This document shows positions 40,170 to 48,106 of a stretch of DNA of 64,000 bases, piece by piece. Where the stretch lies: contig CALLDL010000148.1 in the NCBI GenBank assembly GCA_937998305.1, positions 8,839-72,838 on the forward strand, in the 5' to 3' direction. The position numbers and the translations under genes are program-made. This stretch comes from an uncultured Desulfobacterales bacterium (GTDB taxonomy: Bacteria > Desulfobacterota > Desulfobacteria > Desulfobacterales > UBA11574). Within the stretch, counting starts at the first letter, position 1. Each line of letters starts with the position of its first letter. The notes beneath the pieces were generated by a model. It worked only from the letters and a program-made list of their open reading frames with translations. It was not told the origin of the DNA and searched no databases.

Positions 40170-40380
40170 AGTGTTCAAACGAAAACTAGGATTTTTCGTT
40201 AAGATCAAGCCTCCGGCCTATAGGGCCTGCGCCCCGGAGGGGAAGACGAAAATTTTAACCACAGGAATACTGATAGTATTTCGAGGATTAAAATTTGAGT
40301 CTGACCCCAGAGAAATAGGCTCTGCATTTCACAGGGCAGGCACAGATATTGGCGAAAAAGATGATTTTCGTTCGGACACT
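40170..40380 (+). mobile_element. MITE-like element, family A, copy 2 (diverged)
   Basis: Ends agtgttcaaacgaaaactagg / gattttcgttcggacact. Carries the 32-nt hairpin module (40210-40241) and the conserved core ccccagagaaataggctctgcatttcacagggcaggc. A solo end-like sequence tagtgtccatccac lies at 40113. Confidence 0.75.
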
Positions 40381-40382
40381 GG

Positions 40383-41297
40383 TTAAAAATATTCCTCCCC
40401 ACTCTTCAAAAGTTCCTGAGCCTGTTGCTGAGCAAGGGTGTTACTGAGCGTATATCCAGGCACATCTGTTTCAGCTTCAAGCACCTCGTTCAGAAGCCGG
40501 TCATGTAGCTTTTGATCAAACATTAGGCGAGCGTAATGCTGAGCATACAAGACTTTAACCATGAGATTTTTATCCTTGGAAATCTCCAGGGCACGCTCAA
40601 AATGTCTTCGTCCCACATCGGGTTTGCCGCCCAGTGCCGGTGGGAGGAATGTCGCCAAAACCCCAAGGTACAGATGGGCACCCCCATCCTGATAGAATTC
40701 ATCCAGTTCGATGACTCGCTTCATAATGGCTTCCACCCTGGAGATTTCAGCAACCGCGTTCCAATCATCCCGATGCATCTGAATCCATGCAGACCATGCC
40801 GATCCCAGTGTAAACAGATCCGGAACATCCCTTTTTTCCAATGACAAAAGCGTGTTTTTAAATTCCTGGAAATTTGCCTCTCTAAATCCACACGTCTTTG
40901 GCCTGCGAATACAGATGGCTCGCAATGCATAACTCAACGCTTTTTCAGTCAGCTTTTTTGCCCTGATCTTATCTTTAACAAAAACAGTGGTATATGCGGT
41001 GTATATGTTCGAAGCCCCACGAAGTAGGGATTCATTGTCCGGGTTACGATACAGCAGACTGTCAACCATCAACAGGTATGCGGGTCCTCCGGCTTCTACG
41101 GTGGCAAGATCGTTGTTGTTCAAAATTGCCTGGGACAGATCTTCTGTCATGTCGACCGATGCGGAGGAAATGAAAAAAGAACATCCGGACAGCAGAAGAA
41201 CGCTGATCAGGACATAAAATGATAGTTTAATGGAAAGGATTTTTCTATACCCGACGCGGATAAAGCTATGGCAAAAGACAAACATGCAGCGCACCAC
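40383..41297 (-). CDS. TRAP-associated TPR lipoprotein (TatT-like)
   Basis: 304 aa. Lipobox LLLSGC and an all-helical TPR-like body. Lies upstream of dctPQM as in TPR-protein-associated TRAP systems. The true start is probably an internal ATG (MFVFCH...). Confidence 0.65.
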   Translation of the reverse strand: MVRCMFVFCHSFIRVGYRKILSIKLSFYVLISVLLLSGCSFFISSASVDMTEDLSQAILNNNDLATVEAGGPAYLLMVDSLLYRNPDNESLLRGASNIYTAYTTVFVKDKIRAKKLTEKALSYALRAICIRRPKTCGFREANFQEFKNTLLSLEKRDVPDLFTLGSAWSAWIQMHRDDWNAVAEISRVEAIMKRVIELDEFYQDGGAHLYLGVLATFLPPALGGKPDVGRRHFERALEISKDKNLMVKVLYAQHYARLMFDQKLHDRLLNEVLEAETDVPGYTLSNTLAQQQAQELLKSGEEYF

Positions 41298-41304
41298 CCT
41301 AGTT

Positions 41305-41516
41305 AGTGTCCGTCCATAAATGGTCTTTTTGTCCGATCTCTGCGCCTGCCCTGTGAAATGCGAAGCCTATTTCTCTGGGGTTATGCTCAAAAAATAATCC
41401 TCGGAATATCAACTATATGCCTGCCTGCCCCGTAGGTCCGGCAGATCGTACTGGGGTGGTTATTTTTTTCGCATGCCTTGATCTTGAACAAAAATCCTCA
41501 TTTATGGATGAACACT
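41305..41516 (-). mobile_element. MITE-like element, family A, copy 3 (212 bp, lacks the hairpin module)
   Basis: Reverse complement is near-identical to copy 1 apart from the missing 32-nt module. Flanked by direct AGTT (41301-41304 and 41517-41520). Confidence 0.8.
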
Positions 41517-41638
41517 AGTTAATTCAAAGGAACCGAAATTTTGCCTTGAAAAACCCAATTTGAACCCGAATATTCCTTTTAGCAAAAAATCATAATATAA
41601 ACAACAGGTAAAATATTCAGATTAACCTCGATTGAAGT

Positions 41639-42328
41639 CTAACCTTTAAGCTGAATCGTTTCCACCAATACCCTGGCCGTTCCTTTTTTAAAAAAGCCCA
41701 GCTTTTTGGCCGCTCCGGCAGAAAGGTCGATAATACGGCCTTGTACAAAAGGACCCCGGTCGTTTACCCGAAGAATGATATGCTGATGATTTTCAAGATT
41801 TGTAACGCGAACGTAAGTGGGTAACGGCAGATATTTATGTGCCGCATTCAACCCATTGGGATCAAAAGCCTCACCGTTTGCCGTCATATGCCCGCCTTTT
41901 TGACGAAGTGTCTCGTACCCGTACCAGGAAGCGACTCCCTTTTGCCGATAATTACTGGCCTCTTTTACAGACATGGGCACATACCGTTTGCCTCTGACCA
42001 CATAAGGTGACTTCTTGACTCGGCCCTGGCGGATTGCATCTTTTGGCGGCAAATCATCAATGGACTCGATCTCGCCGCGCATTAACGGCCAGGTAAAGGG
42101 CGCCTTGATCACGATAAAGGTATATTTCCCGATTTGATAAGCGGCTTTCCCTGCAAATTTTGTGACTTTATAGGTGGTCTTTACCGTTCCTTTTGTGATT
42201 TTATAAGTGGTCTTTACGGTTCCCTTTGTAACCTTGTAGGTTGTCTTGAAAATACTGCAGGACCAAAAAAACAAAGCTGTCAATAAGAAAGGAATCGATA
42301 AAAGCTTTACTATTTTTCCAAATCCCAT
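41639..42328 (-). CDS. rlpA: septal ring lytic transglycosylase RlpA-family lipoprotein (DPBB domain)
   Basis: 229 aa. Lipobox FFWSCS and a DPBB core (GVASWYGYE...MTANGEAFDPN...AAHKYLPLPTYVRVTNLEN...VNDRGPF). Four 11-aa K/T/Y repeats sit at the N-terminus. Confidence 0.85.
   Translation of the reverse strand: MGFGKIVKLLSIPFLLTALFFWSCSIFKTTYKVTKGTVKTTYKITKGTVKTTYKVTKFAGKAAYQIGKYTFIVIKAPFTWPLMRGEIESIDDLPPKDAIRQGRVKKSPYVVRGKRYVPMSVKEASNYRQKGVASWYGYETLRQKGGHMTANGEAFDPNGLNAAHKYLPLPTYVRVTNLENHQHIILRVNDRGPFVQGRIIDLSAGAAKKLGFFKKGTARVLVETIQLKG
42116..42247 (-). repeat. in-frame 33-nt tandem repeats (x4) in rlpA
   Basis: Encodes KTTYKVTKGTV / KTTYKITKGTV / KTTYKVTKFAG / KAAYQIGKYTF directly after the lipobox. 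Confidence 0.8.
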
Positions 42329-42377
42329 GATGCCTTTTTGGCCGTTTCATAAAAAAAAAGCATCCGCTTTTCTAAAT

Positions 42378-42553
42378 AGTTTCCATCCACAATTGTAAAA
42401 TGGACACGGTGCGTTTCCTATTAATAAATGAGCAATTTTTGTCGGATCAAGGCCCTACAAGGGTTTACGGTGAGGTGTACCCCCTGTACGCCGTAGCGGA
42501 AAACCCTCGGAGAACGCAGATCCGGGCAAAAAGGGCTATTTATGGATTGAAAT
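42378..42553 (+). mobile_element. MITE-like element, family B-related, copy 3 (composite)
   Basis: Starts with a back-to-back mini end pair agtttccatccacaattgtaaaatggacac, then a second left end gtttcctattaataaatgagcaattttt. The right end is gggctatttatggattgaaat. TAAAT occurs within 1 nt of both ends. The inner hairpin region resembles B1. Confidence 0.6.
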
Positions 42554-42688
42554 TAAATTGAGTTTGGTGAAATATACCACAATTTACATTTCATGGCGAG
42601 AAATGTATTGATTTCAAATTAACCTTCGCGATAAGAACCTTTTTTCGTTCGTAAACGTTAACTTTCAACCTTAGATCGTCTCTGAACA

Positions 42689-43315
42689 ATGGCTTTAAAT
42701 GAATTTCATGAACCGGCTGTCACGTTTCTCAAAACCAATGGTCACAAAACGATTGTCAGTCTGGGATGCGGAAGATGGATCAATCGAATCGATAATCACC
42801 TTCGTCTGATGGCAGGGCTGAACCTGAGCTATTATGTGGGGATTGATTATGCTGACCGGATTGGGCCTGACATGAATGAGGTATTTATGGATCCTGACGG
42901 CATGAACGCCTTGCTGACAAATTATTATCAGGGAAGTCCTAACCGGTTCTGGAAGGCGGCACATTTTTTCCCTGGAACCCACGTAGAAGAACTGATAGGG
43001 GTGAAATGCGCTGCAGTGGTCTGCCAGCGTGTACTGCCCCAACGCCGTTGGGAGGAAGTGATTAAATCCATGAGCCCGAAACTCGTTCTCCAAGAAGATC
43101 TCCACGGATGCGAGCGACAAAAACTCCGGGGCCAAAGGTATGTACGAACCTGGTCCAAAATTCGGCAATACGCTTTAAAACCCTTTCGTCCCTGGCCAGT
43201 TTTTCCGTGGGAAAACAACCTGGTCCTCTGGCAACGCCGGAATTTTGGCAATGAAGACAATAATCGCAGCAAACTCAGTTGGCTTGAACGTATTTTCTCA
43301 TCGTTTATCGGTTAA
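42689..43315 (+). CDS. hypothetical protein, weak class I methyltransferase-like motifs
   Basis: 208 aa. IVSLGCGRW (motif I-like) and YYVGIDYADRI. No clear RBS. Chosen over the antisense ORF 42695..43168, whose product looks random. Confidence 0.45.
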   Translation: MALNEFHEPAVTFLKTNGHKTIVSLGCGRWINRIDNHLRLMAGLNLSYYVGIDYADRIGPDMNEVFMDPDGMNALLTNYYQGSPNRFWKAAHFFPGTHVEELIGVKCAAVVCQRVLPQRRWEEVIKSMSPKLVLQEDLHGCERQKLRGQRYVRTWSKIRQYALKPFRPWPVFPWENNLVLWQRRNFGNEDNNRSKLSWLERIFSSFIG

Positions 43316-43380
43316 TCCTAACCCAGACAAGCCGGTTGTAGCAAAGCGAAAATCCCGATTTATCGGGGAACCATAAATAT

Positions 43381-43453
43381 TTGCCACAAAGGCACTAAGA
43401 CACAAAGGATATATTTATTATTTTTTCTTAGTGCTTTGGTGCCTTTGTGGCAA
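43381..43453. repeat. long hairpin between convergent genes (possible bidirectional terminator or mini-repeat)
   Basis: ttgccacaaaggcac (43381-43395) pairs perfectly with gtgcctttgtggcaa (43439-43453), with an extra cactaag/cttagtg pairing. The AT-rich loop is about 27 nt and there is no clean U-tract. Confidence 0.4.
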
Positions 43454-43501
43454 AATGGAAAAAGTTTTGTCAAAAAAAGCGCGAAATTCAATTTTAAGTA
43501 A

Positions 43502-44101
43502 CTAAATAGAAGACAGGACCGCCTCAAGCTGCTCCAAGTATCCGCCGTAAAAATGATCCGCACCGTCGATAATTTCAAAGCGGGCATTAGGATTCCATGT
43601 AGAAATCATTTTTTCTATCACATCTGCAGGTGCAATATCATCCCTGTTTCCGGTGACCACAAATTTAAGGGTATTCATCGTAACAATTCTTTTAAAATCC
43701 ATAAATCCCACCGGCGGGGAGACCATGATCATCTGTTTTGTCAAGGTATCTTTCTGTAAGGCATGTGCGTTCACCCAGGCGCCGAATGAATACCCTGCCA
43801 AATCTATCCGGTCCATTCCCATATCCGCAAGAAATGAAAGGGCAGACAAAACGTCTTTTTGTTCACCGAAACCGTTGTCATGGGTCCCCTGGCTTCTTCC
43901 GACTCCTCTGAAATTGAACTTTAACGTTGAATATCCTTTCATATGGTAAACATGAACAATGGATTCCACCACCAGATTATTCATGTCTCCCCCATAAAGC
44001 GGATGGGGATGGGTAACCACAACGCCTTTCTTTTCACCCCTTTGATTGAGCAACCCTTCTATTTCATATTCATCTGACAAAAACGTTATTTTTTCGGCCA
44101 T
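43502..44101 (-). CDS. alpha/beta hydrolase (small, dienelactone-hydrolase-like)
   Basis: 199 aa. Nucleophile elbow LAGYSFGAW and HPHPLYGGDMNN. Confidence 0.75.
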   Translation of the reverse strand: MAEKITFLSDEYEIEGLLNQRGEKKGVVVTHPHPLYGGDMNNLVVESIVHVYHMKGYSTLKFNFRGVGRSQGTHDNGFGEQKDVLSALSFLADMGMDRIDLAGYSFGAWVNAHALQKDTLTKQMIMVSPPVGFMDFKRIVTMNTLKFVVTGNRDDIAPADVIEKMISTWNPNARFEIIDGADHFYGGYLEQLEAVLSSI

Positions 44102-44159
44102 TGTGTGTCCTTAATTCAATCCTTTAACTCAGCCATTAACCGCAGATCCCCAAATGGAG

Positions 44160-44243
44160 GTACGTCTTCAAAGGGTGTGATTCCTCGTGTAACGATATTG
44201 GCGGAATGGCTTCGTCATTTCAATGTATACAAGACATTGAAAT
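44160..44243. repeat. family D element, copy 3 (left end plus collapsed inner stem)
   Basis: gtacgtcttcaaagggtgtgattcctcgtgtaacgatattggcggaatggcttcgtcatttcaatg-tatacaaga-cattgaaat. The core is replaced by a short loop. Confidence 0.6.
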
Positions 44244-44270
44244 CGACTGGAGCGAATCTTAAATTTATAG

Positions 44271-44349
44271 TAATAGTTTAGTCCTTTGAAACAAATCGAT
44301 TTCAAAGAAGCTTCAGGTATGATTAAATTTTCAAAAGGCTAAAATGTTT
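44271..44349. repeat. mini palindromic repeat, family C, copy 2
   Basis: taatagtttagtcctttgaaacaaatcgatttcaaagaagcttcaggta...aaaaggctaaaatgttt. Lies 27 nt from the D3 copy. Confidence 0.7.
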
Positions 44350-44383
44350 CAGGCCGGCCAAAAATGATTTTAGCAACCGCCCG

Positions 44384-47140
44384 TTAAGGACCTGTCGTTG
44401 ATCCGGTATCTGATATCAATTCATGATATAGCTTTTCTGTTTCCTCGCTTAGCGGACAATCTAACTCTTTTTCTATATGGTCTTTACACTTTTCAAATGT
44501 TCTTTTTACCATGGCTTTGTTGCCGGTTTGTGAATAGTATGTCATCAGTAATTGATAAATATCCTCGGTGTATTTATCCATCGATAGATATTTTTTTACA
44601 TAACCGATACATTTCTTATAACTTTTTTTCACATGATAGTATTTAATGATTTCCTCCAGCAATTGAAGGTGCTGGTCCTTAAACCTTTCCCTTTCTTCAT
44701 CACACCATTGAACATAAAGATCCTCTTCGAGAAAGTCGCCCCGATAAATCGCTTCGGCCTTCAAAAGATGATCGATTGATTCTTCCGAATCTTTACTTTT
44801 TTTGGCAAGTTTCAATTCTTTTTTGAAATTATCAATATCCACATATCCTTCATCTCCAATATCGATATGATACGAACTTCCGGAGCGTAAGATATATGCA
44901 GAAGGAGTCCCTCTGGTTATCTCAGGCTCCAGTGTCTTTCTCATCGATGCAAGAGCGACATGAAAGCGTTTTGCGGTTTTAACCGGGTCATCTTCCGGCC
45001 ATAAAAGTTCCATCAAAACATCTTTTTTCAAATAACCTTTTTGCCTGTGGTAGAGAAGATATTTGAAAATCATTTGGGCTTTCCTGCTTTTCCATTTTTT
45101 ATCATAAATTTCCTGGTCTCCCTGAAACACCCTAAATTTTCCAAACAAATAAACCTTCAAGGACGGTGTTTGTAATTTCAGAATTGCATTTTGACAATCA
45201 ACAGGAGCATCATTGATCTTATGATGGTTGGGATTTGGCAATAATTTAAGAGACCCCACTGTTTTCGGTTCGCTTTTGTTTAAGCGATGCCAGATTTTTG
45301 AAAACGATTCTGCATCTATGTAATCCGAAATAGCTTCCTTATCTTCATCAAAATTTTCAAGCAGTCCAGCCGCTTGTTTATAGAGTTCTATAACAGTTTT
45401 ACAACCCAGTTCGGTTATGAGCTTTGTCTGAAGAAAATCCCGGAAAAGCTGGTGATAGGTATACCATCTATCAGCGTCATCAAAAGAGTTGGTAAACAGA
45501 TGATTCTCTTCGAGATCTTTTAATATGTCCCGTGAATTATGTATATTCAGTAGTTGATCGCAAAATTCAGCGTTCATCCGGGGCAAAATAGACGTTTTGA
45601 TCAAAAATTCTTTTTTCCCGTCAGTCAGCAAATTATAGACATTTTCTTCCAAATAGCTAAATACAAGCTTCTGTGAACCTTTCAGTGTTAACAGAAGTTT
45701 CTCGATCTCGACAGGTCCTTTCCCTTTTAATACATGATAAAAAAGAATTAAACCCGACACCCATCCTTCTGTTTTTTGGCGAAGAATTTCAAGGCTTTCT
45801 TGTTTTAAAAATATATAGAACAGTTGAGAGTAAAGCCGATTAATTTCATCAGTTGTAAAAGAAAGATCCCCTTCTCTTATGTCAACCGTTTGCCTTGCAG
45901 CTCTTAATCGAGACAGCGGCAGATTAACGTCAAACCGACTAATGAGAATCAAATGAACTTCGGGCGGAAAGTGTGTGATTAAAAAGTCCAGGGATAATTT
46001 TATCTCACGGCTGTATTGTATGTTATGATAATCGTCAAGGACAATAATCAGGTCTTTTTTTGCGATGGTTTCCAACTCCTTTAAAAAAACGGTTAGAACC
46101 GCTTCCCGGCTTTGTTTCAAGTTCTGTTTTTTGACCAGCCACCGGCATGTCTCGGCTCCGAATTTAGGAAAATATTTTTGGATGCCGGCGGTCAGATAAC
46201 TCAAAAAAATGATAAAATCCCCGTCCGATGGTTCCAGACGGTACCAAACAGTATTCAAGTTCAAATAGTTGTGGGCCTGAGCGATAAACGTCGTCTTACC
46301 ATATCCTGCTCCCGCGATGACGGTGGTAAGTCTTTTTTGAGGGATCTCGGCAAACAAGGGATGTAGTCTTTCTCTGGTAACGGTATCAGCTGCTTGAGGG
46401 GCAAGAAGTTTTGAACTCAATATATTGAGGCGACGATATTTACCAATTTTCAGCAGGTTAGGCTTTAGCTCAAAAAGAAACAAAAACACTGCACCATTGA
46501 GGATAAGCAGGCCCATTGCGCCAATAGTGGTTATCGGTCGCGCTTTTCCCAAATTTCTTGGAGACTTGGGGTCCAGGCTCGTAACCTTTAGATTGTCCGC
46601 AAAAGCCTCGGTCTTTCTTCCGATTGCCAGGTAAGATTTGGCCCTCGTTCTATAAGCGTCGGACATGGTTCCAGGATCAGCCCAAATCTCGATAGCTTTG
46701 GTGGAATCACGTATGGCGTCATTATATCTGTCGATCAACCGATACGCTTCGGCACGATCGGCGTATGCATCGGCACAATTCGGTTTCAACTTGATGGCGT
46801 GGGTAAAATTGTCGATGGCCTGATAGTAGATACGGCTTCTTAAAAAGCCCAGTCCCAACATCCGAAAATCTTCGGCTTTTGCCGGCGCAAGTTCAATATA
46901 TCTTTCAAAATCCTGGATGACTGCGTCGTATCTTTCCTGAAAATAATAAAGCAATCCTCGCTTTTCATAGGCTTCGACCAACGCTGGATTCAGCTTCAAG
47001 GCTTCGGTGAAGTACTCTATTTTCTTTGAGGTCATGGTGCTTGAAAGACCAAGATTATAATACTTCATGGCCTCCATATCTTGGGCCTGAGCAGCCACCA
47101 GACCAATGAACATCAAAAAGAAAAACGTCATTTTTTTCAT
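44384..47140 (-). CDS. membrane-anchored TPR / STAND P-loop NTPase / SARP (wHTH + BTAD) transcriptional regulator
   Basis: 918 aa. Signal peptide MKKMTFFFLMFIGLVAAQAQ, about 180 aa of TPRs, TM helix ITTIGAMGLLILNGAVFLFLF and P-loop TTVIAGAGYGKTT. The C-terminus has a winged helix (LKVYLFGKFRVFQGDQEI...ELLWPEDD...FHVALASMRKTLEP) followed by a BTAD-like helical domain. Confidence 0.8.
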   Translation of the reverse strand: MKKMTFFFLMFIGLVAAQAQDMEAMKYYNLGLSSTMTSKKIEYFTEALKLNPALVEAYEKRGLLYYFQERYDAVIQDFERYIELAPAKAEDFRMLGLGFLRSRIYYQAIDNFTHAIKLKPNCADAYADRAEAYRLIDRYNDAIRDSTKAIEIWADPGTMSDAYRTRAKSYLAIGRKTEAFADNLKVTSLDPKSPRNLGKARPITTIGAMGLLILNGAVFLFLFELKPNLLKIGKYRRLNILSSKLLAPQAADTVTRERLHPLFAEIPQKRLTTVIAGAGYGKTTFIAQAHNYLNLNTVWYRLEPSDGDFIIFLSYLTAGIQKYFPKFGAETCRWLVKKQNLKQSREAVLTVFLKELETIAKKDLIIVLDDYHNIQYSREIKLSLDFLITHFPPEVHLILISRFDVNLPLSRLRAARQTVDIREGDLSFTTDEINRLYSQLFYIFLKQESLEILRQKTEGWVSGLILFYHVLKGKGPVEIEKLLLTLKGSQKLVFSYLEENVYNLLTDGKKEFLIKTSILPRMNAEFCDQLLNIHNSRDILKDLEENHLFTNSFDDADRWYTYHQLFRDFLQTKLITELGCKTVIELYKQAAGLLENFDEDKEAISDYIDAESFSKIWHRLNKSEPKTVGSLKLLPNPNHHKINDAPVDCQNAILKLQTPSLKVYLFGKFRVFQGDQEIYDKKWKSRKAQMIFKYLLYHRQKGYLKKDVLMELLWPEDDPVKTAKRFHVALASMRKTLEPEITRGTPSAYILRSGSSYHIDIGDEGYVDIDNFKKELKLAKKSKDSEESIDHLLKAEAIYRGDFLEEDLYVQWCDEERERFKDQHLQLLEEIIKYYHVKKSYKKCIGYVKKYLSMDKYTEDIYQLLMTYYSQTGNKAMVKRTFEKCKDHIEKELDCPLSEETEKLYHELISDTGSTTGP

Positions 47141-47308
47141 AGCACAACCTCTTTTTGGTGAAGCGATCCATTATAGCTATACTTTAAGATGTAATTACCT
47201 TTATTTATTATCTCAAAAGATAACCGAGGTCAATATATAGTATCTCAAGTTTCGCACCCGAATAAAACTAAAAAGTAATTGAAGTTGCAAGCCAAAATAA
47301 CCTTGGGA

Positions 47309-48025
47309 TTATTCATCTTTTTCCGGCGGTTTGAGCTTCAGTTTGAAAATCAGTCCCGCTGCAATACCGATGAGATATATAAGACCCATTTTTCTTGTAT
47401 ATCCCGGATTGTTAAAACTCCCGCTATCTTTTCTCCATATTTGCCAGACTCTGGGATCCAATCTCCATGCATTTCCTAGATCTTCATAAGCCTTATCAGC
47501 CTGACCGAGCTTCCAGTAGATTTTATACCTATTTCGGTAAGCCTCGGACATGGTCAGCTGATCTCCCCCGATACGAATGGCTATAGTGACATCGCGTATG
47601 GCCTGGTCGAGATTACCAATATGTCGATAAGCCTCCGCTCTTTTTGAATAAGCGCCGGCAAATTCCGGCTCCAGTTCGATAGCGCGGGTGAAGCTGGAAA
47701 CAGCCTCCCTGTATAGACCGGTTTTAAGGTAGCCAATTCCCAGCATTTTGAGAGCTGAGGCCTTGGTGGGAAAGAACTCGATGAAACGCTGAAAATCCTT
47801 GATCATCAACTCATACTTTTCTTGGAAATAATAGAGCATCCCCCGTTTTTCATAGGCTTCTGCCAAGGATGGATTTAGCTCAAGAGCCCGGCTAAAGTAA
47901 TTGATCTTTTTGTAAGTCATTCTGTTTTCTATACCAAGGTTGAAGTACGCCATTGCGTCCATGGCATAAGCTCTGGCCATTATCGGCCATAGGAGTATAA
48001 AAACACAGATCGCCATTTTTCTCAT
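47309..48025 (-). CDS. secreted/membrane-anchored TPR protein, paralogue of the sensor module of the STAND-SARP regulator
   Basis: 238 aa: signal peptide, TPRs and a C-terminal TM helix (GLIYLIGIAAGLIF). It aligns gap-free with residues about 20-190 of the 918-aa protein. Roughly half the positions are identical in my hand alignment. Confidence 0.8.
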   Translation of the reverse strand: MRKMAICVFILLWPIMARAYAMDAMAYFNLGIENRMTYKKINYFSRALELNPSLAEAYEKRGMLYYFQEKYELMIKDFQRFIEFFPTKASALKMLGIGYLKTGLYREAVSSFTRAIELEPEFAGAYSKRAEAYRHIGNLDQAIRDVTIAIRIGGDQLTMSEAYRNRYKIYWKLGQADKAYEDLGNAWRLDPRVWQIWRKDSGSFNNPGYTRKMGLIYLIGIAAGLIFKLKLKPPEKDE

Positions 48026-48106
48026 AATTACTCCTTTAATCTTGGTTTGTTAGAAGCCGAAAACCTATACTGTAAGCGCTTCATTTCACAATCTACTCGT
48101 CTGATA

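Noticed and set aside
12661-44243. Whether the recurring D-family (or any other) repeats are a CRISPR array
   Set aside because: The copies are tens of kb apart, not in a regularly spaced tandem array. They are long nested palindromes, and no cas genes are present.
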